The notes beneath the pieces were generated by a model. That model was not told where the DNA came from and searched no databases. It worked only from the letters and a program-made list of their open reading frames with translations. Shown here piece by piece: positions 31,895 to 42,721 of a stretch of DNA of 64,000 nt. Source of the stretch: an uncultured cyanobacterium (GTDB lineage Bacteria; Cyanobacteriota; Cyanobacteriia; Cyanobacteriales; Cyanobacteriaceae); NCBI GenBank assembly GCA_963710605.1, contig CAVQBA010000004.1, positions 1,344,001 through 1,408,000 of the forward strand, written 5' to 3'. Made by a program: the position numbers and the translations under genes. How positions within the stretch are numbered: position 1 is the stretch's first letter; each line of letters opens with the position of its first letter.

Positions 31895-32888
31895 ATGGAA
31901 ATTAATCAATTTATAGAAGAGTTTAATTCTGGGAAAGTTGATTTTACCCGAATAATGTTACCCGGAATCGATTTGACAGGAACTGATTTAATTGGTGTTA
32001 TATTTAGTGAAGCTAATTTACAAAAAGCTAACTTAACTTTTTGTTATTTAAATCGTGCCAAATTCGATCGAGCTAATCTAGTCGAAACAGATTTTAGTGG
32101 TACAAATCTTAACCAAGCTAGTTTTTGTAATGCCAACTTACATCGTTGTGACTTTCATGGTGCAATGTTACAAAGAAGTGATTTAAGAGGTGTTGATTTG
32201 ACTTTAGCAAATTTATTAGATGCTAATTTGATCGAAGTTGATTTGCGTTATGCTGATTCTTAGTAATGCTAATTTGAAAGGCTCTTGTTTAAGAGGTGCA
32301 AATATGCGTCGTGAAAAACGTTCTAAACCAACTAGCCTAAAAGGTACTAATTTAGACAAAGCAGATTTAAGAAATGCCGATCTTCAAGGTGCTGATTTAA
32401 GAGGGGCTAGTTTAGTCGGTGCTAATTTAGTTGAAGCAAATTTGCGTGGTGCTGATTTGACGGGTTCGGATTTGACTCAAGCCAATCTTAAAAATTCTTT
32501 TCTCACTGAAGTTCAATGTCAAGGTGCTAAATTTATTGGTGCTAATTTAGCAAATGCTAGGCTAGAAAGAACTATATTAACTGATGCTGATTTGACTCAA
32601 GCAAATTTAGAAAGTGCGACAATGCCTGATGCTAATTTAATTAGGGCTAATTTAATTCAAGCCAATCTTTCTTTTGCTCGTCTTAATCGTGCGGATTTAA
32701 CCCGTGCTAATCTTTACGGAGCAATTATGCGTAATACTTCTTTGTTAGAGGTATTTTTTGCTCGGACTAATTTAACTTCGGCTGATTTAACTAATGCTAA
32801 TTTAATTGGTGCTGACTTAACTAGTGCTAATCTGAGTAATGTTAATTTTGAAGGGGCGATTATGCCTGATGGGCAAGTTTATCACTAA
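31895..32888 (+). CDS. Pentapeptide-repeat protein, +1 frameshift near 32257
   Basis: A(D/N)Lxx repeats in both ORF halves; GCTGATTCTTAGT to GCTGATCTTAGT restores ADLSNANL. Confidence 0.88.
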
Positions 32889-32950
32889 ATTCATCTGAGG
32901 ATTAAATAGAGATTATCAAAGATAAAAGATGAAGGAGTAACTATTAACTA

Positions 32951-35119
32951 TCAAATATCGATCGTGTTTCGTTTACTGATAAAAGCTAATAATTCTTTTT
33001 CTGTTAATGATTTACTGATTAACCAGCCTTGAATAATATCACATTCTAAATATTCGAGCATTTGTCTTTGATTTTCAGTTTCTACTCCTTCAGCAACTAC
33101 AAGCATATTATAACTTTGAGCGATCGTAATAATGGCACTAACCAAAGCTTTGTCTTGAACATTAAAAGCTAAATCATCAACAAAAGATTTATCAATTTTG
33201 ATATATTTAAAAGGAAATTTTTTGAGATAACTAAACGAAGAATAACCTGTACCAAAATCATCAATTGAAAAACGAACTCCGATCAAAGATAATTCACTGA
33301 TTATTGATTCGGCAAGCTCAGAATTTTCGATTAAAAGACTTTCAGTTATCTCTAACTCTAAATATTGAGGTGGAAATTGAGTTTTATGCAAAATATCTTT
33401 GACAAGATCAACAAATTCACGAGTTTGAAATTGTTTCATCGAGACATTTACTGCCAAATTTAAAGCTGGATAACCTGAATCGAGCCATTTTTTGGCTTGA
33501 AAACAAGCTTTCTCTAATACCCAAGTACCGATAGGAATAATCAAACCAGTTTCTTCAGCGATCGGGATAAACTTATTTGGCGAAATAAAACCCATACCTG
33601 AACGATTCCACCTTAGTAAAACTTCAACTCCCATAATCTGATTTGTCTTCAGATTTAATTTAGGTTGAAAATTCAGCAATAATTCTTGATTATCAAGAGC
33701 AGAATAAAGACTATGTTCTAATTCAAATAATAATGCTTGTTCTGGATTAAGTTGAGTTACATAAAACTGATAATTATTTTTCCCCATTTGCTTAATTTTG
33801 GATAAAGCAATATCAGCAAATTTAACCAATTGTTTTTCTTCTAAACTATTATCAGGATAAATAGAGATACCGATACTACAACTAATATGAATTGTATGTT
33901 GAGCAATTAAGAATGGTTTTTTCAGACTATTTAAGATTCGATTAGCGATCGTTGCCGCCATTTTTGAACTATCATTTAATTTCAATAGATGCTCATCATT
34001 ATTATCAAGTAAATCTAATTCTAAAGGTGCAATTAAGACAAATTCATCTCCTCCCCAACGAGCAAGAAATGATTGTTTTGGAAGTACTGAAATTAGTCGA
34101 TAGGCAAAACATTCTAATAATTTATCTCCGAATGTATGACTTAAAGTATCATTAATATTTTTAAATCGATCGATATCAATAAACAAAACAGCTAAAGTTT
34201 TCTCAGCTTTTTTTCTTTCTTGTAAAGATTTTTGTAATTGATCGTAAAAGTAATTACGATTAGGAATACCAGTTAAAGAATCATGAAATGCTTGATATTG
34301 TAACTTTGCTTCTGTTTTTTTTCTCAGGGTAATATCAAAAATATAACTTCTAATTACTTTTTGTTTGGATAAATAATGAATATATTGCTCATAAAACTTA
34401 TCTTGATAATGAATCTCTCTAATTAGTAATTCACCGTTTGATTTACCACAATTAGCCGTCAAAGAAGATAGTAAACAATTGTCTTTTGATAAAGGTTGCG
34501 TTAATAATTGAGAAAAACATAATTTTGCCGAAGGATTAGAGTACGTAATATTGCCATTGAAATCAAACTCAATAATTGGATTAGGTGATAATTCAGGAAA
34601 AGAAGCTAAATGTTCTACATCTTGCGTTTTCAGTTTTTCAACTAGGTTTTCTTCCGAGATTATTAAAGTGTCTTGTATTCTTTCAGTTGTTTTGTTACTA
34701 TTTTGAGACGAATTAAGAGTAACTTTTGAGGATAAAACTGAATTTGATTTTAATGAATTAAGAGCATTTTTTTTGTATTTATAAATAGCTTGATTTTCTT
34801 GATCACCAAAATAGACTACATCTCCGTCTTCTAATTGATGGCTACTAATTTTTTGACCGTTGACTATTGTTCCATTTTGACTTGCTTGTTTTTCTAAATT
34901 ACCATCAATTAAAACATAAAAAGAATCTCCTGTGGGTAATACTTTTTTAATTAAAGTAGCATGATGTCTAGAAACAGCACTAGAACGTAATTTTATTTCA
35001 CAATCAACACTACGCCCGATCGTGTACATATGTTGCGTTAAAGTAATGGTTAGCTGTAATTGTGAATCATTTAGAAATAAAATTAATAAGTGATTGTTCT
35101 GATTAATTAGCGAATTCAT
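32951..35119 (-). CDS. FHA-PAS-GGDEF-EAL protein, both catalytic domains apparently intact
   Basis: FHA GR/SRHH/SQNG; DSLTG, IDIDRFK, RWGGDEF; EVL, DDFGTGYSS, KID, EGVE. Confidence 0.92.
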   Translation of the reverse strand: MNSLINQNNHLLILFLNDSQLQLTITLTQHMYTIGRSVDCEIKLRSSAVSRHHATLIKKVLPTGDSFYVLIDGNLEKQASQNGTIVNGQKISSHQLEDGDVVYFGDQENQAIYKYKKNALNSLKSNSVLSSKVTLNSSQNSNKTTERIQDTLIISEENLVEKLKTQDVEHLASFPELSPNPIIEFDFNGNITYSNPSAKLCFSQLLTQPLSKDNCLLSSLTANCGKSNGELLIREIHYQDKFYEQYIHYLSKQKVIRSYIFDITLRKKTEAKLQYQAFHDSLTGIPNRNYFYDQLQKSLQERKKAEKTLAVLFIDIDRFKNINDTLSHTFGDKLLECFAYRLISVLPKQSFLARWGGDEFVLIAPLELDLLDNNDEHLLKLNDSSKMAATIANRILNSLKKPFLIAQHTIHISCSIGISIYPDNSLEEKQLVKFADIALSKIKQMGKNNYQFYVTQLNPEQALLFELEHSLYSALDNQELLLNFQPKLNLKTNQIMGVEVLLRWNRSGMGFISPNKFIPIAEETGLIIPIGTWVLEKACFQAKKWLDSGYPALNLAVNVSMKQFQTREFVDLVKDILHKTQFPPQYLELEITESLLIENSELAESIISELSLIGVRFSIDDFGTGYSSFSYLKKFPFKYIKIDKSFVDDLAFNVQDKALVSAIITIAQSYNMLVVAEGVETENQRQMLEYLECDIIQGWLISKSLTEKELLAFISKRNTIDI

Positions 35120-35290
35120 TTGATCAATTGGTTGGCTAATGTCTGCTAAATAGAATCTAATTATTTTTGTTTTTTTAAAATTGTAGTATTGATAGTAGTT
35201 TAAATCATAGAAGTTTTCTAATCAAAACTAAATAACATAATTAAATTAGATCTAAAAATAAAAAATAAATTACTTTTATCTATTTTAATT

Positions 35291-37867
35291 TTAAAGACTA
35301 TAATCAGAATTAACCACAAAATTAATAATTTCATTTTCTGGTAAAGGAGTTGTCAACCAATTACCTTGTATTTGTGGGCATCCTAATTCTAAAAGTTCAT
35401 CTACCTCAATTTGTTTTTCTACCCCTTCAGCGATGACTCTTAATTGAAAACTTTGAGCAATACTGACAATGGCATTAACTAAAGCTTTATCTTGTGAGTT
35501 TGAACTAATCTCATTAATAACTGGACGATCGATTTTCACAGTCGAAAATTGGAATTGTTTTAAATAACCAAATGATGACACACCTGTACCAAAATCATCT
35601 AAAGCAATTCTGACACCTAAATTTTGAATCAGCTTTAAATTTTTTTGACTAAAAGGTAAATCTAAAGCAATCGTTTTTTCAGTTATTTCTAATTCTAATA
35701 AATGCGGATTGAGTTGTGTGTTTGTTAAAATATTTTGGAGCATATTAACAAAGTTAGGTTGTCGAAACTGAACCGCAGAGATGTTAATACAAATTGGTTG
35801 ATCGGTTAAATTGTTATTTTGCCATAATTTTCTTTTTTCACAAGCATTTTGAATTACCCACTCACCAATAGAGACAATCAAACCTGTTTCCTCAGCAAGA
35901 GGAATAAATTGCTCAGGGCTGATAATCCCTAACTCAGGATGTTGCCAACGAATAAGTGCCTCAATTCCTGTAATTTTATTTTCTTGAACTGCAACTTGTG
36001 GTTGATAAAATAAAGAAAACTCTTTTCTTTCTAAAGCATGAGCCAGAAGTTTTTCCATTCTCAACAAACGAGTTGTTTGCTCTTGTAATTTAGCTGAAGC
36101 AAACCGATAGTTGTTACTTCCTGCTTTTTGACTTTGAATTAGGGCATTTTGAGCTTCTTTAACCAAAATATCAATTGTTGTTTCTTGTTTATTTTGTAAA
36201 GCAATACCGATACTAACTTTAGTCTGTACTTTTATGTTATCAAGAAAAAAGGGTTGTTTAAGAGATTCAAGCATTCTGTCACAAACTCGTCCGACATCCT
36301 TACTATGTTTAATTTGAGGTAAAAGACAACTAAATTGAGATAATTCCCAATGACAAATAGTATCTCCTAAACGTAAACAAGCTCTTAAGCGTTTAGCGAA
36401 ACCTGCTAAAATTTTGGATTGAGCTATATAGTCTAAAACACCATCTTCTTGTTCTAAAACTTGTATTTCTAGAAATAATAAACAAAGAAACTCTTGATTA
36501 CGAAAACTATTAGCGATCGCTAATTTTAGTTGTTCAATTAATAATTGACGATTAGGTAATCCTGTTTGTAAATCATAAAATCCTTCTTCTTGGATATAAG
36601 TTTCTTGGTAATTGTCTTTTTGTCGAGGACGAACAATAATTGAAAGCAAACTTTGATTACCCGAATTAATATAACCAATACTCGATTCAAGTTCCAGAAT
36701 TAATTTATTTTGACATTGATAGCCAAATTGTTTTAAAACATAACTATTACGTGCAGAAGCTGATTCCACGATCGAATTTATTTCTTGATCTAATCTTTCA
36801 GGTGTTAGATTAATTAAATCATAGAACTTAAGCGATCGTATTTGCTTAACCGTATAACCTAATAAATTACTCAACGCTAAATTAGTTTGTGTAATAGTTT
36901 TAGTTTTAGTATCGACAACTAAAATAGCCTCTTGAGTTTGATTAAGTAAATAATCATATTTACTATCACTTTGATCTAAAATATTGTGATTAGAAGGTTG
37001 AGTTTGATTTTTCGCTTGTTCAAAAACATAACTTCTAATTAATTTTTGTTCCGATAAATAATAAATATATTGTTCAAAAACCGTATTTTTAAACTTAACT
37101 TCTCTAAAAAACAATTTGCGAGAACGACCATTAGTCTTAGTGTTTTTGACTAAACTAAATAACAAAGGATGATTTAGTGAAGTATTACTTTTTTGTAACT
37201 CAGGAAAAAATTTGATCGCACTAGGATTAAGATAAGTTATTTTACCTTGCCATTCTAATTCAATAATCGGGTTTGGAGCTTGTTCAGGAAAAGACGCTAG
37301 TTTTTCTAAAGATGAATTACCACTACTAAATTCACTAGAAGATGATAATTCCCAATTTGGTTCAGAAACAACGATCGAATCTGTTGAATTGTAAACAGTC
37401 TTTTTCGCCGTATTTTTAGGTTTAATCGTATCTTCTTCCGAATCAGGTGTTTTTTGAAAATCTCCTGATTGTAACAAAGCAATATCTTCAACTTTGTCTA
37501 AAATATAATAACTAGCTTGTATCTCAAATCCAAAACGGATTATATCTTCGTGTTTTAATTCCTGAACTAAACACCTTTTATCGTTAATATAAATACCATT
37601 AGTACTACGATTACCTTGCAAATCACCATCTAGTAACCAATAAGAATAAGAACGATTTTGAGTGTCAGTACGACGTAATAAAGTACCATGAAAGCGAGAT
37701 ACTTTCTTCGATTCTAAAATAATTTTGTTACGACGGTCTCTACCAAGAGAATAATTGGCTTCTTCTAAAACAATTGTTTTACGAGAATTTTCGTCTTCGA
37801 TTATCAAAACATGATTAAGCGAATTATAGTTTCCGTATAAAGTTGATTTGAAATAGTCGCTGTCCAT
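35291..37867 (-). CDS. FHA-PAS-PAS-degenerate GGDEF-EAL phosphodiesterase
   Basis: FHA GR/SRFH/STNG; GGDEF replaced by ELSQF with RLGD I-site; EAL, DDFGTG, KID, EGVE intact. Confidence 0.9.
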   Translation of the reverse strand: MDSDYFKSTLYGNYNSLNHVLIIEDENSRKTIVLEEANYSLGRDRRNKIILESKKVSRFHGTLLRRTDTQNRSYSYWLLDGDLQGNRSTNGIYINDKRCLVQELKHEDIIRFGFEIQASYYILDKVEDIALLQSGDFQKTPDSEEDTIKPKNTAKKTVYNSTDSIVVSEPNWELSSSSEFSSGNSSLEKLASFPEQAPNPIIELEWQGKITYLNPSAIKFFPELQKSNTSLNHPLLFSLVKNTKTNGRSRKLFFREVKFKNTVFEQYIYYLSEQKLIRSYVFEQAKNQTQPSNHNILDQSDSKYDYLLNQTQEAILVVDTKTKTITQTNLALSNLLGYTVKQIRSLKFYDLINLTPERLDQEINSIVESASARNSYVLKQFGYQCQNKLILELESSIGYINSGNQSLLSIIVRPRQKDNYQETYIQEEGFYDLQTGLPNRQLLIEQLKLAIANSFRNQEFLCLLFLEIQVLEQEDGVLDYIAQSKILAGFAKRLRACLRLGDTICHWELSQFSCLLPQIKHSKDVGRVCDRMLESLKQPFFLDNIKVQTKVSIGIALQNKQETTIDILVKEAQNALIQSQKAGSNNYRFASAKLQEQTTRLLRMEKLLAHALERKEFSLFYQPQVAVQENKITGIEALIRWQHPELGIISPEQFIPLAEETGLIVSIGEWVIQNACEKRKLWQNNNLTDQPICINISAVQFRQPNFVNMLQNILTNTQLNPHLLELEITEKTIALDLPFSQKNLKLIQNLGVRIALDDFGTGVSSFGYLKQFQFSTVKIDRPVINEISSNSQDKALVNAIVSIAQSFQLRVIAEGVEKQIEVDELLELGCPQIQGNWLTTPLPENEIINFVVNSDYSL

Positions 37868-38115
37868 AAAACTTCAAAAATAAAATAACCTTACTTATTA
37901 TCTTGTGCGGGTCAAAAAAAACTGTTTATATCACAATGGTAAAACACCATTATCACCAATAAGCCAAATTAGTTATATTTTTTGGTAAATTAGTTAATAA
38001 TACTTGATTAATTTAACTTTAAACAAAACTAATCTTGTTTTATCAATAACTAAGTTAAATATTTTGAATAATAATTGACCAAAATAAAAATGATTTGATT
38101 ATATACAGGAAATAA

Positions 38116-40596
38116 TTAATCAAAAGTCTGATTATTTGATTTTTGTAAAAAAATACTCATTTCTTTACTAGCTAATGGACGACTAAATAAATTACCTTGT
38201 ATTTGCGTACATCCTAACCGTCTTAAAATATCCATCTGTTCTACTTTCTCAACTCCGACAGCAATCAAACGAATATTGTATCCTTCACATAAAGTAGCAA
38301 TACTACTGACTAAAGTTTGAATTTTAGGATCTATATCAACTTTTCCTGTTATATTCGGACTAATTTTAACTGTATCAAAAGCAACTTTTTGTAAATGAGT
38401 TAAAGCACAGTTACCTGAACCAAAACTATCTAGACATAGTTTAACTTTTAATGCCGATAACTGTTCTAAAGTTTTGTATGCCATATCGGTATTTTTAGCA
38501 AAACAAGTTTCCGTAAATTCTAATTCTAATAGCTCTGGGGGTAAACCTGTTTGTTCTAGTATTTTGTTAACTGAAGCCACAAAATTTGGTTGAGAAAACT
38601 GTCTAGTAGAAATATTAATCCCGATCGGAAAGTAGTTATTTTGGTCTTGAAACCATTTCTGCATTTGTAATGTTGCTGTTTGTAAAATCCAAATACCTAA
38701 AGGAAGCATAAAATCAGATTCTTCAGTTAAACGCAAAAAATGTTTGGGTGTCACTTTACCTAATTCTGGATGATTCCATCGTAATAAAGCTTCTAAGCCA
38801 GTAAAACCACGGGTACTACTATCTATTTGTGGCTGATAGCAAAGAAAAAATTGTTGTTCTCTAAAAGCGTTACTAATTAAAGTTTCTAGTTTTAATAAAC
38901 TGGCAGTTTTGGGCGTAAGACTAAATCCTGTTACACCATACTTATGATGGTTATTACCTGCTTTACTTTGCTCTAAAGAATATAAACTACTTTTAATGAG
39001 TAATGAGCTATTTTCTGCATCAATAGGATAAATAAATACAGCCATATGAGTTTTTAACTCAACTTGACTTTGTTTAGATTGTCTTTCTAAATATGGAGTT
39101 AGGGTAGCAAATATTTTTTTAGCAACTTTAGCTGTATCTTTTGGCCCAGTTATACGAGTGAACAAAATCATAAATTGATTATTTGTCCATCGAGCTAACA
39201 AATTTTCTTTTTGCAGACAAGATTGAATTATTTGTTTGATGTTTTGAATCAATTCTTGATTATTTTTTAATTCTTCACTCTGGTTAAAATGTTGTAAATT
39301 GTCTATTTCGATCGCAATCAAACCCATGAGATAATGAAAATTTTGAGCTTTAGCTATGGCTATTTCTAACTGCTCTTGAAATAATTTTTGGTTAGGTAGA
39401 TTAGTTTCTTGATCATGATACATCAAATAATCTTTAAAATCTTGTTGTTCATAAATCTGAACATTACGAACTACAAAACAGAAAATATCTTTATTTTGAT
39501 AACTCGTCAAACTTATGCTTGTTTCTAGGTTAATCAAAGAAGCATCCGAACAACGAAATAAATATTTACCTACATAATCTTCTTTAGTTTCTAATACCCG
39601 ATTTAAATCATGATTAATACTAGTCAAATCGCTAGCTAAAACATTATAGACACTCAAACTAGTAACTTGTGATTGAGAATATCCCAAAATTTCAAGTAAA
39701 GTTTCATTCGCTTCAATTATTCTTCTATTACTAGCATAAGCTAAAAAAATACCTTCAGATGTCTGTCTAATAATTGCTTGATAACGAGCTTGTGCTTCTC
39801 TTAATTGAGCCTCTACTTGTTTTCTTTTCGTAAAATCAAAAATGTAGCTTCTAATGACTTTTCTTTCTGAAAGATAATGAACATATTGCTCAAAAATTTC
39901 TGTACCTATTTTGATTTCTCTTAAAAAGAGATTACCTTGTCTATTACTATCTTCTGATAACAACCCGATTAATATAGGATGTTTTAATTTATCTTCATAA
40001 ATAGTATCAAACTTTAAACTAGCCGCCGGATTAACATAAGTTAGATTACCATCCCAATCTAACTCAATAATCGGATTAGGACTTAATTCGGGAAATGAGG
40101 CTAAACGGATTAATTCTTGTTGTTCTTCAGTATTTTTGTCTTCATCTGCTTTAGTAATAAGTGTATCAGTAGATTGACTATTTAAAGTTACACGAGAAGC
40201 CGAAATTTTTTCTAATCCTTCAGGATTAAATAAATCAATTCCTGAATCTGTACTAATTATGTAATAACTTGCTTTAGCTTCATTCGCAAATAAAATTGTG
40301 TCGCCGTGTTTTAAATCATGAGTTGAGTATGATTTGCCATTAATTGACAATCCATTAGTACTTCTGTTTCCTTTTAAATCACCATCAATAATCTGATATG
40401 AAAATTCCCCTTGTGTTTCTTCTTCTGTTTGACGAATCAAACTAGCGTGAGTGCGAGAAACTTGATAGTCATAAATCACAATAGGATTGTTAGAGTCTCG
40501 TCCAATTGTATAATTACTTTCTTCTAAAGAAATTATTCTTCTTCCTTTTCGATCTTCTATAACGAATATATGACGAAATTCTTGCACTTGATTCAT
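38116..40596 (-). CDS. FHA-PAS-PAS-GGDEF-EAL protein, both catalytic domains degenerate
   Basis: FHA GR/SRTH/STNG; GGDEF replaced by TNNQF; EAL present but DSFGSG, KIS and VGVE. Confidence 0.88.
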   Translation of the reverse strand: MNQVQEFRHIFVIEDRKGRRIISLEESNYTIGRDSNNPIVIYDYQVSRTHASLIRQTEEETQGEFSYQIIDGDLKGNRSTNGLSINGKSYSTHDLKHGDTILFANEAKASYYIISTDSGIDLFNPEGLEKISASRVTLNSQSTDTLITKADEDKNTEEQQELIRLASFPELSPNPIIELDWDGNLTYVNPAASLKFDTIYEDKLKHPILIGLLSEDSNRQGNLFLREIKIGTEIFEQYVHYLSERKVIRSYIFDFTKRKQVEAQLREAQARYQAIIRQTSEGIFLAYASNRRIIEANETLLEILGYSQSQVTSLSVYNVLASDLTSINHDLNRVLETKEDYVGKYLFRCSDASLINLETSISLTSYQNKDIFCFVVRNVQIYEQQDFKDYLMYHDQETNLPNQKLFQEQLEIAIAKAQNFHYLMGLIAIEIDNLQHFNQSEELKNNQELIQNIKQIIQSCLQKENLLARWTNNQFMILFTRITGPKDTAKVAKKIFATLTPYLERQSKQSQVELKTHMAVFIYPIDAENSSLLIKSSLYSLEQSKAGNNHHKYGVTGFSLTPKTASLLKLETLISNAFREQQFFLCYQPQIDSSTRGFTGLEALLRWNHPELGKVTPKHFLRLTEESDFMLPLGIWILQTATLQMQKWFQDQNNYFPIGINISTRQFSQPNFVASVNKILEQTGLPPELLELEFTETCFAKNTDMAYKTLEQLSALKVKLCLDSFGSGNCALTHLQKVAFDTVKISPNITGKVDIDPKIQTLVSSIATLCEGYNIRLIAVGVEKVEQMDILRRLGCTQIQGNLFSRPLASKEMSIFLQKSNNQTFD

Positions 40597-40752
40597 CTAT
40601 ATAACACCCAAAGTAATTCATTCAAAGTAAGAAATTCTAATATCCAAACTGATATTAATAATTAATATTCATTATAATACTTGGTCAGAACAAACTTTGA
40701 TACTTAATTTGAGTATAATAAAGCAGAAAAATGAAAAAGATTAGGGTCAAGA

Positions 40753-42291
40753 ATGACTGGTTTAGCTTTATTAAGTGTTTCTGATAAAACTGGTATTGTC
40801 GAGTTAGCTAAGGTACTAGTAACAGAATTTAATTTTCAGATTGTGAGTAGTGGCGGTACGGCAAAAACGTTACAAAATGCGGGTATTCCTGTCATGAAAG
40901 TAGGTGAGTACACAGGTTCTCCAGAGATTTTAGACGGCAGAGTAAAAACGCTACACCCTCGTATCCATGGAGGTATATTGGCTCGATTAGAATTAGATTC
41001 TCATCAACAAGATTTGAGTGATAATGATATTACTCCTTTTGATTTAGTGGTGGTAAATCTTTATCCTTTTGAGAAAACAGTCGCCAATCCTGATTGTACT
41101 TTAGAAGAAGCGATCGAGAAAATTGATATCGGTGGTCCAACGATGGTACGTGCGAGTGCAAAAAATTACGCTCATGTTACTATATTAACAAACCCTAACA
41201 ATTACTCAGACTATTTAACTCAGTTACGAAATAATGAGGGTAAAACCTCGATCGAGTTTCGTCAAAAAATGTCAGCACAAGCATTTGCGATGACGGCAAT
41301 TTATGATCAAGCCATTTGTCGTTATTTTGCCCAGACAAACCCTGATACATCCGATTATTATGGTATCGGAGGGAAAAAGATTGCGACTTTACGTTATGGC
41401 GAAAACCCTCATCAACAAGCAAGTTGGTATCAAAATGGTAACATAGCCACAGGTTGGACTTCGGCTGAGCAGTTACAAGGAAAAGAACTTAGTTATAATA
41501 ATTTAGTTGATTTAGAAGCGGCTAGAAGAATCGTTTGTGAATTTCCCGCAGACGAACCAGCGGCGGTGGTAATTAAACATACTAACCCTTGTGGTATCGC
41601 TGTGGGTAAAACGTTGATTGAAGCCTATACAAAGGCTTATGAAGCAGATTCGATGTCGGCATTCGGTGGTATTGTTGCTTTAAATCGATCGATCGATGTA
41701 CCGACAGCAGAGGCGATGAGTAAAATCTTTTTAGAATGTATTATTGCTCCTGATTGCAGTGAGGAAGCTAAGGCTGTATTGGCGAAAAAATCGAAGTTAC
41801 GGGTATTGATTTTGCCTGATTTACATTCTGCTACTCAAGATAACATTAAAGCGATCGCTGGTGGCTTTTTAGTCCAAGGAAATGATACTCAAATAGAGTT
41901 ACCTGAAAGTTGGGATATTGTGACTGAGAAAAAACCGACAGACACTGAATTAGCTGAGTTGTTATTTGCCTGGAAAACCGTTAAACACGTTAAATCAAAT
42001 GCGATCGCTATTACTAAAAATCGGACGACTTTAGGTATTGGTGCAGGACAAATGAATCGTGTCGGGGCGGTAAAAATTGCTCTAGCACAAGCAGGAGAGA
42101 AAGCTACGGGTGCATTTTTAGCTAGTGATGCGTTTTTTCCTTTTGATGATTCTGTACGTACTGCAGCCGTTGCTGGTATTACTGCTATCATTCAACCAGG
42201 TGGTTCGATTAGGGATAAAGATTCGATTAAAGCGGCTAATGAATTAGGTTTAGTGATGGTATTTACCAAAGTGCGTCACTTTTTACACTAA
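40753..42291 (+). CDS. purH: Bifunctional AICAR transformylase/IMP cyclohydrolase
   Basis: ALLSVSDKTG, GRVKTLHP, IDIGGP, LRYGENPHQ, KHTNPCG, ASDAFFPF, RHFLH. Confidence 0.97.
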   Translation: MTGLALLSVSDKTGIVELAKVLVTEFNFQIVSSGGTAKTLQNAGIPVMKVGEYTGSPEILDGRVKTLHPRIHGGILARLELDSHQQDLSDNDITPFDLVVVNLYPFEKTVANPDCTLEEAIEKIDIGGPTMVRASAKNYAHVTILTNPNNYSDYLTQLRNNEGKTSIEFRQKMSAQAFAMTAIYDQAICRYFAQTNPDTSDYYGIGGKKIATLRYGENPHQQASWYQNGNIATGWTSAEQLQGKELSYNNLVDLEAARRIVCEFPADEPAAVVIKHTNPCGIAVGKTLIEAYTKAYEADSMSAFGGIVALNRSIDVPTAEAMSKIFLECIIAPDCSEEAKAVLAKKSKLRVLILPDLHSATQDNIKAIAGGFLVQGNDTQIELPESWDIVTEKKPTDTELAELLFAWKTVKHVKSNAIAITKNRTTLGIGAGQMNRVGAVKIALAQAGEKATGAFLASDAFFPFDDSVRTAAVAGITAIIQPGGSIRDKDSIKAANELGLVMVFTKVRHFLH

Positions 42292-42313
42292 GACGTTATA
42301 TAGTCTTCAAATT

Positions 42314-42343
42314 GTAGGTTGGGTTAAGGCAACTAAACCCAAC
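42314..42343 (+). repeat. REP-like GTAG-prefixed hairpin
   Basis: GTAG-GTTGGGTT-loop-AACCCAAC right after purH. Confidence 0.55.
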
Positions 42344-42448
42344 AAAGCATCGATCAGGATTTGAAGGATTTAAGGATGGACAGGATTTCGTGGATAATTA
42401 GGGTTTGTTGTGAAAAAAAAGCGAGATCGTATAATTTAGATAATAAAG

Positions 42449-42721
42449 ATGAAAAAAAATTTTTATTTTGAGTTTATTGATGAATCTTCTCAAAACGCAA
42501 TTTCATTTGAGTATGATAATGATATAGATGAAGAAATGGAAGTGATAATAGAAAACCGAACACCTATTTTATACGCTAATCGCCAAGGATTATTAGCTTT
42601 AGCTAAAATTTTAATTAAAATAGCAATTTGTAATTATAAAGATGGATTTCATCTTCATTTAAGGAAAGATTTTGATGCAGATAAACCAGAGACAATGCTT
42701 TGTATATTGAAAGATAAGTAA
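42449..42721 (+). CDS. Putative polymorphic-toxin immunity protein (Imm32-like)
   Basis: Acidic 90 aa with ANRQGLLALAKILI..A....GFHLHL pattern; family recalled, not searched. Confidence 0.55.
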   Translation: MKKNFYFEFIDESSQNAISFEYDNDIDEEMEVIIENRTPILYANRQGLLALAKILIKIAICNYKDGFHLHLRKDFDADKPETMLCILKDK

